DNA of 64,000 nucleotides, from contig CAZKVH010000004.1 in the NCBI GenBank assembly GCA_964556165.1, positions 13,075-77,074 on the forward strand, written 5' to 3'. Below, piece after piece: positions 51,365 through 62,133 of the stretch (positions are counted from its first letter, which is position 1; each line of letters starts with the position of its first letter). Both the position numbers and the translations under genes were made by a program. Below the pieces are notes generated by a model, which saw only the letters and a program-made list of their open reading frames with translations, ran no database searches and was not told where the DNA came from. Source of the DNA: an uncultured Actinomycetota bacterium. GTDB taxonomy: Bacteria > Actinomycetota > Humimicrobiia > Humimicrobiales > Humimicrobiaceae.

Positions 51365-52891
51365 ATGAAAAAAGACTATATACTGGGAATTGACTTTGGA
51401 ACTCAGTCAACAAAAGTTGTTGTATTTGATTTTAATGGTATAGTCATCACTTCAGCAAAAGAGGATATTTCCCTTGAACAGGAAAAGCCCGGGTGGGCGG
51501 AACAAAACGCGGAAGACTGGTGGAATTCCCTCTGTTCGGTACTAAAATCTTTGACGGAGAGCATAGATTCAAAGAGAATTGCCGGTCTGGCACTCGCTTA
51601 CCAGAGGGAGACATTTGTACCCGTTGATTCAAAATTTAAACCTCTAAGGCCTGCTATTACATGGATGGACCAGCGTGCAACGGTTGAAGCAAGAGAAGTG
51701 GCGGAAATAATGTCGGAGAGTCAATTCTACGGTATTACCGGTAAGTTTCTTAACACAATTCCATCCATAATGAAGATTAAATGGATAGGGAATAATGAAC
51801 CTTATATTTTTAAAAAGATAAATAAAATCCTTACCGTTGGTGCTTATATAAATTACAAACTTACCGGTAGAGTGGTTGATTCAGCCGCTGGCGCAGATAC
51901 AACAGGATTGTATGATATAAAAAAAGGTGAATGGTCTGATAAACTGATGTCTATCAGTGGTTTGAATAAAGGCCTGCTTTCTGAAGTAAAACCGGCTGGT
52001 TTTGAAGCAGGTAAGGTCACCGAAGAAGCCTCTAAATTAACCGGTCTCTGTCCGGGTACCCCGGTTTTTCTTGCAGGTGGAGATGGACAGGTATTTGTTA
52101 CCGGTATGGGGGTAACAAAAGAGTCTGAAATGGCCATAGGAATTGGAACAAGTGGAACCTGTGGTATATATGGAACAAAAATTGATATAGAGAGCGGTAG
52201 CAGGACTCTGGTTTCCTGTATCGAGGGATTATATATCCATGAATCTGTAATTATATCAGCAGCAAACACTGTATCATGGTTTATTAAAAATATTGACTGT
52301 GTGTATGAAGAGAAAGAAGGCGAATCTGCAGAAGAAAGACTTGACCGTGAAATAAGTTTAATACCCCCATGCTGTAATGGTCTGGTAACCATTCCTTACT
52401 GGAGGGGCTGCATGACACCATTTAACGACCCCGGTACCAGGGGAGCAACTTTAGGCTGGTCCGATATACATACTAAATTACATTTTTATAAATCCATTCT
52501 TGAAGGAATTGCTTTTGAGATAAAGCTTATTATAGATACCTATGAAAAAAATAACGGAGTGGAAATTTCTTTAATAAATATTGGAGGTGGCGGAGCGGCT
52601 TCCAGTAACTGGTCACAGATAATTGCGGATGTAATAGGTAAAAAGATTAATATATCTGACACCACAGAGAATACAGCATTGGGTGCTGCCATTATGGCTG
52701 CTTATGGGCTTAAAATATATGGAAGTATAGGTTCTGCAGTAAGCAGTATGTGCAGAATAAAAAAGTCATTTATACCTGAAAGTTCAAAATCATCAATTTA
52801 CAGAAGATTCTTTAATGATGTTTATAAGGAATTATACCCGGTGGTAAGAAAGTTCTTAAAATATCTCGGTAGTTTTGATATAAATAAATAA
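51365..52891 (+). CDS. FGGY-family carbohydrate kinase (xylulokinase/ribulokinase-like)
   Basis: 508 aa. N-terminus GIDFGTQSTK. It is a paralogue of xylB. Confidence 0.8.
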   Translation: MKKDYILGIDFGTQSTKVVVFDFNGIVITSAKEDISLEQEKPGWAEQNAEDWWNSLCSVLKSLTESIDSKRIAGLALAYQRETFVPVDSKFKPLRPAITWMDQRATVEAREVAEIMSESQFYGITGKFLNTIPSIMKIKWIGNNEPYIFKKINKILTVGAYINYKLTGRVVDSAAGADTTGLYDIKKGEWSDKLMSISGLNKGLLSEVKPAGFEAGKVTEEASKLTGLCPGTPVFLAGGDGQVFVTGMGVTKESEMAIGIGTSGTCGIYGTKIDIESGSRTLVSCIEGLYIHESVIISAANTVSWFIKNIDCVYEEKEGESAEERLDREISLIPPCCNGLVTIPYWRGCMTPFNDPGTRGATLGWSDIHTKLHFYKSILEGIAFEIKLIIDTYEKNNGVEISLINIGGGGAASSNWSQIIADVIGKKINISDTTENTALGAAIMAAYGLKIYGSIGSAVSSMCRIKKSFIPESSKSSIYRRFFNDVYKELYPVVRKFLKYLGSFDINK

Positions 52892-52911
52892 AATCATTAA
52901 ATACCTTTTCT

Positions 52912-53526
52912 TCATATTCCATCTTTAAACATACTTGAACCGTAGATAAGAATATCTGCACCAAATTTTATAGCCTGCTTTGAAGTATTTTTATCAATAG
53001 CGCCGTCTACAGAGATTGATATATTAAGTTTATTTTCAGTAATCATCTCTCTGGTTTTTTTTATCTTTTGAAGAGAAGCGCTAATAAATTTCTGTTGACC
53101 GAAACCAGGGTAGACGCTCATTATAATAATGTTGTCGATTAACGGAAGGTAGTTTTTTATATAGTCAATTGTTATATCAGGGTCAATTGCAACGGATGAA
53201 AGAGCATTTTTAGCTCTTATATATCTGAGTTCCCTTTCAATTTTTTTGCATGTCTGTGGGTGAATGGTTATTATATTACAGCCTGCTTCTATGAACATAT
53301 CAAGGTATAATTCAGGATTTTCTATTTCGAGATGTGCGTTAAAAGGGAGTTTTGTTAGTTTTCTTAAAGATTTTACTATTTGCGCATTAAAAGCGAAATT
53401 TTTTACAAAATGGCCATCAAGTACATCAAAATGAAAGCCATCAAACTTCTCTTCTTCTAATTTTCTTATAATTTTTTCATAATTTGAAGCATCTGCCGAA
53501 AGAAGCGATGCAAATTTTTTTACCAT
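52912..53526 (-). CDS. rpe: ribulose-phosphate 3-epimerase family protein
   Basis: 204 aa. It aligns along its full length to Rpe (SLLSADASN...HFDVLDGHFV...MSVYPGFGQQKF...VDGAI). Confidence 0.75.
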   Translation of the reverse strand: MVKKFASLLSADASNYEKIIRKLEEEKFDGFHFDVLDGHFVKNFAFNAQIVKSLRKLTKLPFNAHLEIENPELYLDMFIEAGCNIITIHPQTCKKIERELRYIRAKNALSSVAIDPDITIDYIKNYLPLIDNIIIMSVYPGFGQQKFISASLQKIKKTREMITENKLNISISVDGAIDKNTSKQAIKFGADILIYGSSMFKDGI

Positions 53527-53882
53527 TATTTTCTCTCTAAGTGAAGGTTGTTAATCTGTGCCAAATGATAAACATATGTTGTATATTTTATATTGGACCC
53601 TGCCGCTAAACTGTCAATTTATAAAAATTCTACATTAAGGTTCTCATTTTTTCAATTAATTTATGGTAGCTGCAATATCTTGAGGATACCTTTTACCCTA
53701 TATAATCTGACGCGTGGTTTTCCAGGGAAAATTAATTATCCTGGAAGTAATATTCTTAAGGGATTATGATTACAAAAAATAGAAAAATAAATCAAATTGA
53801 TTATTTGACTATTAGTTATTTTTTTGTATAATTTAAACAGTTGTTCAGTCAATGTACAAATGTTCATAAAATTCATAATAAT

Positions 53883-54821
53883 ATGAAGTGGATTGAAAAT
53901 AAAAAATTTATATCTAAAATAGCAAGGCTTTACTATATCGGGAATCTTACGCAACAGGAGATTGCAGATAATTTAAAAATATCAAGAACAAAAGTTTCGA
54001 GATATCTTGATAAAGCAAGAGAAGAAAGAATAGTTGAGATTAAGATTAATTCACCACAGGAGGATTATACACATCTGGAATATGAGATAGAAAAGAAGTA
54101 TAGACTAAAAGAATGTATTATCGTACCAACTTATGATAGAAGAGAAGATATTCTGATGGACATGGCTGATTCCCTGCAAAACTTGCTTGGCAGGATAATA
54201 AAAGATGGAGATTATTTTGGCATCGGATGGGGTACTTCACTTAAAGCAATAGCAGATTATCTTGATTTCAGAACAAAGATGGATATAAAAGTAGTGCCGT
54301 TGATTGGAGGCGTCGGGAAAGTTGGTACAGGAATTCATACAAATTCAGTAGCAAGAACTCTGGCAAATAAGTTTGGTGGTATTAGTTATGTAATTAATTC
54401 ACCGGCAATTCTGGATAGCGCTGAAGCGAGGAGAATTATCCAGAATGATAGCAATGCAAGAGAAATAATAGAGCTGTCCGGTAAGGTCAGTACAGCTATG
54501 GTGGGCATGGGTGGCATAGACACTCAATCTACACTGGTTAAAATTGGAAATTTCAGTGTTAAGGAATTTGATTATCTAAGAAGTCTGGGAGTTGTAGGAG
54601 ATGTTAATCTGGTTTTTATAGACGCAAATGGGAAACAGGTCCAGAATGAGATTAATGAAAGGATTATAACTACTCCTGTTGGAAAAATTAAAAAAATAGA
54701 GAATGTAATAGGGGTTGGGTTTGGAGATAGCAAGTTGAAGGTTATACTGGGTGCATTACGTGGAGGAATTATAAATATTTTATTAACTGATGAAAATACA
54801 GCTAAAAGCATAATGAAATAA
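53883..54821 (+). CDS. SorC/DeoR-type sugar-binding transcriptional regulator
   Basis: N-terminal HTH (IARLYYIGNLTQQEIADNLKISRTKVSRYL) plus a C-terminal sugar-phosphate-binding domain. The start was chosen by homology spacing. The track ORF starts at TTG 53841. Confidence 0.75.
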   Translation: MKWIENKKFISKIARLYYIGNLTQQEIADNLKISRTKVSRYLDKAREERIVEIKINSPQEDYTHLEYEIEKKYRLKECIIVPTYDRREDILMDMADSLQNLLGRIIKDGDYFGIGWGTSLKAIADYLDFRTKMDIKVVPLIGGVGKVGTGIHTNSVARTLANKFGGISYVINSPAILDSAEARRIIQNDSNAREIIELSGKVSTAMVGMGGIDTQSTLVKIGNFSVKEFDYLRSLGVVGDVNLVFIDANGKQVQNEINERIITTPVGKIKKIENVIGVGFGDSKLKVILGALRGGIINILLTDENTAKSIMK

Positions 54822-54856
54822 AAAAATGTAAGCTTAACTAGGTTAATTGGGGAGGT

Positions 54857-55888
54857 TTGATGGAAAAAGTCACTCATAAAAAAAGTAAATATATGGAAAT
54901 AAGCGGTTATAAAATGAAGGATAGATTCAGAGAGTTAGATGACAGTAAAAAAATAGAAATGCTAAAAAAAATGTACCAGATAAGACATTTTGAATATCAA
55001 ACCGAGCAATTTATTATAAGAGGAGAAATTCATGGTACATGTCACCTGTATATTGGTGAGGAAGCAACAGCAGTAGGTTCTATTTATGCTATTGGTAAGG
55101 ATGATTATATTACTTCTACACACAGGGGGCATGGTCATTGTATAGCAAAAGGTGCAGATTTAAATATAATGATGGCAGAGCTGCTGGGCAAGAAGACAGG
55201 TTACTGCAAGGGTAAAGGTGGCTCAATGCATATTGCGGACTTGAGTACCGGGAATCTTGGAGCGAATGGAATTGTAGGTGGCAGTATGGGCATAGCAACA
55301 GGAGCTGCACTGACCTGCAAATTAAAGAAAAATGGCAGGATAGTCGTATGTTTTTTTGGAGACGGAGCAGCTAATACCGGTATTTTTCATGAAACTCTTA
55401 ATATGGCCTCAATCTGGCAACTACCGGTTATATATCTCTGTGAAAACAACGTATATGCGATGTCTATGCCTAAAAAAGAGGCGTTCAATATTAAAAAAAT
55501 ATCGGATAGAAAAACAGCATACGGCATAGAAGGTTTAACAATTGATGGCAATAATCTAATTGAGGTTTTCAACACGGTTTCGCACTTTGCTGATGAGTGC
55601 AGGGCAGAGAGAGGTCCTGTATTAATTGAAAGTCTAACTTATAGATGGAAGGGCCATTCCAAGAGTGATGCTCAGGTATACAGGACCAAGGAAGAAGTTA
55701 AGGCATGGATGGAAAAGGATCCTATTGCTGCTTATAAGAGAGTTCTTATGGAAGAGGGGTTATTAACTGAAAAGGAGGACGGGGAGCTTGAAAAAGAGGT
55801 AGAGGAGCAAATAAAGGAAGCAACAGAATTCGCAAAAGAAAGCCCTTCTCCAGATAAGTCAGAAGTTGAAGAAGATGTTTATGCCTGA
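54857..55888 (+). CDS. thiamine-diphosphate-dependent dehydrogenase E1 component alpha subunit (PDH/acetoin-DH type)
   Basis: 343 aa with the TPP-binding GDGA..G region and the E1alpha phosphorylation-loop motif YRWKGHSKSD. It has a strong GGGGAGG RBS. Confidence 0.8.
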   Translation: MMEKVTHKKSKYMEISGYKMKDRFRELDDSKKIEMLKKMYQIRHFEYQTEQFIIRGEIHGTCHLYIGEEATAVGSIYAIGKDDYITSTHRGHGHCIAKGADLNIMMAELLGKKTGYCKGKGGSMHIADLSTGNLGANGIVGGSMGIATGAALTCKLKKNGRIVVCFFGDGAANTGIFHETLNMASIWQLPVIYLCENNVYAMSMPKKEAFNIKKISDRKTAYGIEGLTIDGNNLIEVFNTVSHFADECRAERGPVLIESLTYRWKGHSKSDAQVYRTKEEVKAWMEKDPIAAYKRVLMEEGLLTEKEDGELEKEVEEQIKEATEFAKESPSPDKSEVEEDVYA

Positions 55889-55956
55889 GGGGGTTAATAT
55901 CCGGGTAGATTGAAATTTTGTAAAATTCATTAATCTAAAGGAGAAATCGACGGGAC

Positions 55957-56949
55957 ATGAGAGAGATAACTTACCAGGAAGCTATAAGAGAAGCTATGCA
56001 GCAGGTAATGAGAAAAAATAGCGATGTTTACATTATAGGTGAAGATATTGCCGAATATGGAGGAGGATTTGGTGTAACAGTAGGAATGTATAAAGAATTC
56101 GGGAAGGAAAGGATCAGGAATGCTCCTATATCCGAGGCAGGGCAGGTAGGTATTGGCATTGGAAGTGCCATTACGGGTATGAGACCAATAGTCGAAATTA
56201 TGTTTTCAGATTTTATAATTTTATCTGCAGAGCAGATTATCAACCAGGCTGCAAAAATAAGATACATGTATGGTGGAAAAGCAGAAGTTCCTCTTGTAAT
56301 AAGAGCAGCGGGCGGTGGGGGAACAGGTGCCGCTGCACAACACTCTCAGAGTCTCGAAGGATTGTTTACCCAGATACCGGGATTAAAGGTTGTCATGCCA
56401 TCGTGTCCGTATGATGCTAAAGGTCTGCTTATAGCGTCAATCAACGATAATAACCCGGTTATATTCATAGAGCATAAACTCCTTTATAAAAATAAGAAAT
56501 ACATACAGGATGTACCGGAAGATATTTACGAAATAGAGCTTGGAGCGGCAGATGTAAAAAGGGAAGGTACAGATTTAACTATAGTTGCTACTTCTTTTAT
56601 GGTACAGAAATCGCTTGAAGTCGCACAGATACTTGAAGAAGAACAAAATATAAAATGTGAAGTAGTGGATTTGAGAACGCTACGACCTCTTGATATAGAT
56701 ACTGTTCTAAATTCGGTCAAAAAGACCGGAAGGCTTATGTGTGTAGAAGAAGCACCCATCTTTGGAGGCTATATGGGAGAAGTAGTGTCACAGGTTGTAG
56801 AAAAAGGATTCGACTATCTTGATGCCCCTATAACCAAGGTAGCCGGAAGGAACTGCCCTGTTCCTTATAGTCTGGTTCTGGAGCAGGAAATGATACCGGG
56901 AGTGGAAAGAATTAAAGAAGGCGTACTTAAAACTCTGAATAAAAATTAA
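55957..56949 (+). CDS. E1 component beta subunit (transketolase-like pyrimidine-binding and C-terminal domains)
   Basis: 330 aa. The N-terminus MREITYQEAIREAM is typical of E1beta. Confidence 0.8.
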   Translation: MREITYQEAIREAMQQVMRKNSDVYIIGEDIAEYGGGFGVTVGMYKEFGKERIRNAPISEAGQVGIGIGSAITGMRPIVEIMFSDFIILSAEQIINQAAKIRYMYGGKAEVPLVIRAAGGGGTGAAAQHSQSLEGLFTQIPGLKVVMPSCPYDAKGLLIASINDNNPVIFIEHKLLYKNKKYIQDVPEDIYEIELGAADVKREGTDLTIVATSFMVQKSLEVAQILEEEQNIKCEVVDLRTLRPLDIDTVLNSVKKTGRLMCVEEAPIFGGYMGEVVSQVVEKGFDYLDAPITKVAGRNCPVPYSLVLEQEMIPGVERIKEGVLKTLNKN

Positions 56950-56991
56950 ATCTAACTATATATATTTTAAAATTAGCTGAAAGGATTTTAA

Positions 56992-57378
56992 ATGCAAGAA
57001 AGCAATTTAGATGCCCAGAGCAGGATAGGAAAAAAGAAAGACCTGGTTCAAAAACCCATGGATAAAAATTTGAAAAATTATAGTAAAGTTGAATATTATC
57101 CACTTATAACGTCAAGAAAAGACGATGCACCGAATTTTTCAATGAGATTATTTAAAATAGGTCCCGGAGGATATTCGAATAAACACAAACATAGCTATGA
57201 GCATGAGGTATATATTTTAAAAGGGAAGGGCCATGTAATTCTGGATAATGAAACATTGGATCTGGAAAGCGATAATTTCTTTATAATACATCCATATGAG
57301 TTACATCAATTTTATACAGAAGAAGGGCTTGAATTTATTTGTGTCGTACCAAACAAACTTAAAAATTATCCAGAATAA
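56992..57378 (+). CDS. cupin-domain protein
   Basis: 128 aa with the cupin metal motif HKHSYEHEVYILKGKG...H. Confidence 0.6.
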   Translation: MQESNLDAQSRIGKKKDLVQKPMDKNLKNYSKVEYYPLITSRKDDAPNFSMRLFKIGPGGYSNKHKHSYEHEVYILKGKGHVILDNETLDLESDNFFIIHPYELHQFYTEEGLEFICVVPNKLKNYPE

Positions 57379-57572
57379 AGCTAAAAATTCAGAATATTAG
57401 ATAATAATTCTGCACCAATTGGATATTCTTAATGTTTTTAACCGTTCTGGACTTCAATACCATTATTATTAATCATATATATATAACTCTGGTACTAATT
57501 ATATGATGATGAATATTTACCTTTCAATTCAATAAATTGAGATTTTAGTATCTTTTCATTTGGAGATAACCT

Positions 57573-59975
57573 TTATTCATATGCAAGCGAGTCTTTTACA
57601 GTCAGTCTCATTGCTCTCCAGGCAGGCAGAATACTTGCTAACGTTGCCATAACGAGTGCACCAACTATCCAGTATAACATCCCATGCCAGTCTATTACAT
57701 ATAAACCAATTGCCTCCCAGTTGAAAATCGCCTGACCTACACCGGCATTTAATGCCAGGGTAAGTGGAAAAGATGCTATTAGAGCCAGTAACCAGCTTGC
57801 GGCTCCAACTATAACACCTTCTGCTATTACTATTCGCAATATACTCTTGTTTGAGGCACCTAATGCTCGTAGCAAACCAATCTCACGAGTACGTTCCATT
57901 ACATTCATACTTATCGTTCCTGCCAGGCCAATGCTGCCAACAATGGAGATCATAATAGCCATTACCAGTAAGAAATAAATAAATATATTAAATGAACTTG
58001 TTTGCTGGGCTAACCAATCTGTACTAAGAACGATTTGTGTAAATCGGATGTCCTCCTTATTAAAGACCGTTTCAAGATCTTTTGAAACTTCAAGCTGAGT
58101 CTCCGTATCGCTGGAAGTAGTGATCAAACGTGCTAATGTTATCATACCTGATTGGGGCATATACTCATCCAAAATATCACTCGTAGTATAAACAGGTGGT
58201 GGGTCAAAATTCCCGCTCATCTGAAAGATACCCACTATTTCCCATTTAGCCACCTTATCTCCAATCTTAATTTCAACTGTATCCCCAGTACTCAGATCCG
58301 GACGCACTTTCAGCAGATGATTGCCAATCACTACAGCATTTTCATCGTCTGGTGAAAGCCATCTTCCTTCTTTAAGTATTGGCTGTATTAATTTTGAATC
58401 AGATGGCGGCGCCATTATATAAATACGCTCAGTACCCGAACCATCATCGGAGAGAATCTGGCCTTCGGTCTGTCCCCATAGTTCAGTATCTTTTACACCT
58501 GGAACGTCTTTTATTATTTCTTTAATATCATCTGCAGAATATGGCTGAGCAAAGTTTACATTGATATCTGAAAGGAAATAGCCTTTGATGTCATTAAAAA
58601 CAACATCACTGGTACTCCACAGATTAAAGACACCAATAAAAATTGCTCCTCCCAGAGTCAGTGCAGCAAGTGTTAAGGCCATACGTCCCTTGCGCCTGAA
58701 AGTATTTCGCAGAGAGAGCAATAGTGGCCGTGAGAGAAATCGTATTTTATCTACTGCTTTGTCCAGCAGGCTTTTACCAAAGTGTCCGTTCCTGACCCCA
58801 TAGTCATTGATAGCTTCCCGTACAGAAATGCGGGTTCCAATAATTATAGGTACAAGTGCTGTTAATAGGGGGATAATAATTGCAGTTATGGCCTGAAGAA
58901 TTAAAGCCACTGGTACCAGGCGAAAATCACCTGTATTTACATTTACCATATTAGAAATAACCGCACTTGTCTTGTATGCCATAAAAGCTGCCAGGGGTAT
59001 AGCTATAAGGAGCGCCAGCAAACCACAAACCGTTATAAATATTATGTACATACCTGCAATCTGCCAGGTGCTCCCACCGATTGCTTTCATAATACCTATC
59101 TGACGGATATGCTGGCTAAGTATGGAATTGATCATATTTATAATAAGAAAAGTACCCATAAAAACAGCCAGCCAGCCAAGTATGGTAAGGACATTGATAA
59201 TCCCCCTAAATATCTCCATTGAGAAATGTTCACCGGGGTTATATATAAAAGTCCCTAACACCATTTGACCATTTTCACGCAGGAGCTGGCTTATTTCCTC
59301 TACGACCAGATTTACACGGTCTTCATCTTTAGTTTGGTCATCTATTACAACCATGATTTTATTATACATATCTGTGCCACCAAGTGATTCAACAGTTTCG
59401 GGTGTGGCAAAAGCAGTAAGAATAGTATTATAGCTTGCCGAGGGAAAGGAGGCGTCCCTCACGATATCTGCGACTCTAAGCTCATAAGTCTTTCCGTCTG
59501 CCGACTGAACTTCTATGGTATCCCCGACATCAGCCTGAAAGATCAGTGATGAACTATACTCAAACCAGATCTCGCCATCCTTTAAAGTGGTTGGCATATC
59601 TTTATCATCTGCCTGCAGCAAATCCACCTGTATTTCGGATGGAGGTAAAACCCCATCTATACTGAGGTCATATTTTTTCCCTTCATCACTGGATAGTCTT
59701 ACAGTAATATTTGAGCGTCCTTCTGCATCGGTCACTCCTTGTACTTCTTTGACACTCTTAAGTATGCTCTCATCAATAGGACTTGTATATATAACTGAAC
59801 TGTGTGGATTGGCAGCGGTATAAAAGTCATTTGTATCAGAAACTAAAATCGATTCCAGGCTCTTTACAAAACCAATTGTGAAAACGCCCAGTGCAATAGT
59901 CAGGATTATTAATATTGTACGGGCTTTATTATGCCACAGGTCAGCCAGAACCTTACGCCATCGTGAGCTTATCAT
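57573..59975 (-). CDS. FtsX-family ABC transporter permease with duplicated FtsX domains (YbbP/MacB-like)
   Basis: 800 aa. The N-terminus [17 protein letters not shown] is typical of this family. It has two four-TM blocks with large extracytoplasmic domains. Confidence 0.8.
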   Translation of the reverse strand: MISSRWRKVLADLWHNKARTILIILTIALGVFTIGFVKSLESILVSDTNDFYTAANPHSSVIYTSPIDESILKSVKEVQGVTDAEGRSNITVRLSSDEGKKYDLSIDGVLPPSEIQVDLLQADDKDMPTTLKDGEIWFEYSSSLIFQADVGDTIEVQSADGKTYELRVADIVRDASFPSASYNTILTAFATPETVESLGGTDMYNKIMVVIDDQTKDEDRVNLVVEEISQLLRENGQMVLGTFIYNPGEHFSMEIFRGIINVLTILGWLAVFMGTFLIINMINSILSQHIRQIGIMKAIGGSTWQIAGMYIIFITVCGLLALLIAIPLAAFMAYKTSAVISNMVNVNTGDFRLVPVALILQAITAIIIPLLTALVPIIIGTRISVREAINDYGVRNGHFGKSLLDKAVDKIRFLSRPLLLSLRNTFRRKGRMALTLAALTLGGAIFIGVFNLWSTSDVVFNDIKGYFLSDINVNFAQPYSADDIKEIIKDVPGVKDTELWGQTEGQILSDDGSGTERIYIMAPPSDSKLIQPILKEGRWLSPDDENAVVIGNHLLKVRPDLSTGDTVEIKIGDKVAKWEIVGIFQMSGNFDPPPVYTTSDILDEYMPQSGMITLARLITTSSDTETQLEVSKDLETVFNKEDIRFTQIVLSTDWLAQQTSSFNIFIYFLLVMAIMISIVGSIGLAGTISMNVMERTREIGLLRALGASNKSILRIVIAEGVIVGAASWLLALIASFPLTLALNAGVGQAIFNWEAIGLYVIDWHGMLYWIVGALVMATLASILPAWRAMRLTVKDSLAYE

Positions 59976-60723
59976 TTTTCACCTCCTGAGAAATTTTCTT
60001 ATTTTCACCATTAAATATCTCTCCATCACTTATGACAACTGAACGATTAGATCTGTCTGCTATACCTGTATCATGGGTAACTATTATGAGTGTCTTGCCC
60101 AGCGAGATTAGTTGCTCGAAAAGCATGAAAACAGATTCAGTTGTCTTTGAATCAAGGTTACCAGTAGGTTCATCAGCTAAGATTAATGGGGGGTCATTAG
60201 CAAGAGCACGTGCGATTGCAGCTCTTTGTTGCTGACCACCTGAAACTGCTGAAGGCAATTTATAGGCTTGATCTGCAAGTCCTACCAGGTCAAGTAGATG
60301 CAGGGCGCGTTCTTTACGCTGTCGCAGGTTATACATAGAGATAAAATCCATAGGTAGTATCACGTTTTCTATAAGAGAAAGCATAGGCAGAAGCTGAAAA
60401 AACTGAAAGACGATACCTATATTTCTGCCTCTCCAGACAGCCATTTTACCTTCACTTAAATTGTGTATGGTAGTATTGCCTACCTTAATCTCGCCACACG
60501 TTGGATGGTCAATACCTGCTATCATGTTGATTAAAGTTGTTTTTCCACTTCCGGATTTTCCAACAATGCTTATGAATTCACCTGACTTAATATCAAGGTT
60601 GATTCCACGCAAAACCTGAAATTCTCCTGCGGATGAGCAGTAAGACTTCTTAACCCCATTCAAACTTATAAAAGGTTTATCTTCATTGTAATAAGACAAT
60701 TCATTATTAGTATGCTTGAACAC
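59953..60723 (-). CDS. ABC transporter ATP-binding protein (YbbA/LolD/MacB-ATPase-like)
   Basis: [10 protein letters not shown] Walker [16 protein letters not shown] signature and [11 protein letters not shown] Walker B. It overlaps the permease gene by 23 nt. Confidence 0.85.
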   Translation of the reverse strand: MFKHTNNELSYYNEDKPFISLNGVKKSYCSSAGEFQVLRGINLDIKSGEFISIVGKSGSGKTTLINMIAGIDHPTCGEIKVGNTTIHNLSEGKMAVWRGRNIGIVFQFFQLLPMLSLIENVILPMDFISMYNLRQRKERALHLLDLVGLADQAYKLPSAVSGGQQQRAAIARALANDPPLILADEPTGNLDSKTTESVFMLFEQLISLGKTLIIVTHDTGIADRSNRSVVISDGEIFNGENKKISQEVKNDKLTMA

Positions 60724-61036
60724 TTTTTAATCCTCTCTTTATTTATTTATAATTTGAAATTCACTATATAATAGTATAAGGTATTGAATAATGCAAGGTA
60801 TTATAAAAAAATATTTTTTAAATAAATTTTCCTGGCCTCATATGCTATATTATCTATATTTTTATTTTGTTTTCAAATAGATATTAAAAAACAGATAAAA
60901 AAAACAAATATTCAATAGTTAGACATGTTTTTTATTAATTTAAAAAGGTTGTATAATTAATTTATATTAGAAAAGTTAAACCTTTCCTTAATAAATGGGC
61001 GTTTTTTTAATATTTATATTTAGGGAGATGTTCATT

Positions 61037-61555
61037 ATGCTAAAAAATGTATTTTTAACTCTGCTAATTGTTTTGTTGTCAATTTTTGTATGCGTCCAGT
61101 TTACGGGATGCTCTGGGTCAGAGAAGGGCGATGAGTCAGCCCTTGAGGAAGTAACTGAAGAAGCTGAAAGAGAAGAGGCAGATAAAGAAGTGGAGACAGA
61201 ATTTTCTGAAAACCCCGATAAAGAGAAATTCAATGAGTACTTTTCAGATATAGGACTGGGTAAACTGGCAAAAGGAGCACAATTACCCGGGGGTATGGAA
61301 CAGGGTATCAGTACTTTTTTATCTGATGAAAGTATATGTGTTTATGGAACTTTGAAGAAGAGTGTAATTATTGGTCTTGCGATTTTTAATCCAGAAACTG
61401 CAAGTTATGAAGTAGAGAGACAGGATTTCCCGCAGGCTTTGGGAACAGGTGGGTTTGCATCATGTGGCAGTATAATGGTTGGCAGTGGTAAATATGAGTA
61501 CAAGGTCTACATAGAAGATAAGCTGGTTGCAGTACTTCCGTTTGAAGTTAAATAA
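61037..61555 (+). CDS. hypothetical lipoprotein with an acidic N-terminal linker
   Basis: Signal peptide plus lipobox (FTGCSG). An AGGGAG RBS lies before the ATG at 61037. Confidence 0.5.
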   Translation: MLKNVFLTLLIVLLSIFVCVQFTGCSGSEKGDESALEEVTEEAEREEADKEVETEFSENPDKEKFNEYFSDIGLGKLAKGAQLPGGMEQGISTFLSDESICVYGTLKKSVIIGLAIFNPETASYEVERQDFPQALGTGGFASCGSIMVGSGKYEYKVYIEDKLVAVLPFEVK

Positions 61556-62133
61556 ATTTTGGGCTTATTAAATATTCAAAGCACGAGTTACAATTAATTT
61601 ACCGAAAAGTATAAGTAACTTTTAAAATAGTTTTGACTATATGGTTATAGTGGTATAGGCAGGTATTTCTTCACCTTGAGCTTTTTAGATTTTTGATATA
61701 TATACTGATAAATTTCTTGGTTTATTCTATCGCTTAATTGAATTTATCTCTCTATATGCAAGGTAACCTGTCAGAGAGGGAAACAAAAAAATAAATCCTT
61801 CTTGTAATTCTTTTTATAGTAATATTATAGGAAAAGGTAGAGAAATAATAATATTTACCAGGTTAGAGTTAAATTAAAAAATAAAAAAGTTAAAATAAGA
61901 GCTTACTAGGGTATTAAGGATATTACTGCTGATTCGGGGGGAATTGCGGAGATAATAAACCTAGCGCATACCCTAAAAATTCTGAGGATGCAATACAAGA
62001 ATTTATAAATGCTGAAGACAGTCCGGTTGATGTAGGCCTTACCTTTAAAAAGAAAATAAAAGTTATATAAAAGAACCTGGCATTATGCTGGGTTTTTTGC
62101 ATTATATAAAGACTTAGAATATGAGCTTTTAAA

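Noticed and set aside
54857-56949. Interpreting the E1alpha/E1beta pair as split transketolase subunits
   Set aside because: The alpha subunit has the E1alpha-specific YR-x-GHS-x-SD phosphorylation-loop motif, and the beta subunit has the E1beta N-terminus. Split transketolase lacks these.
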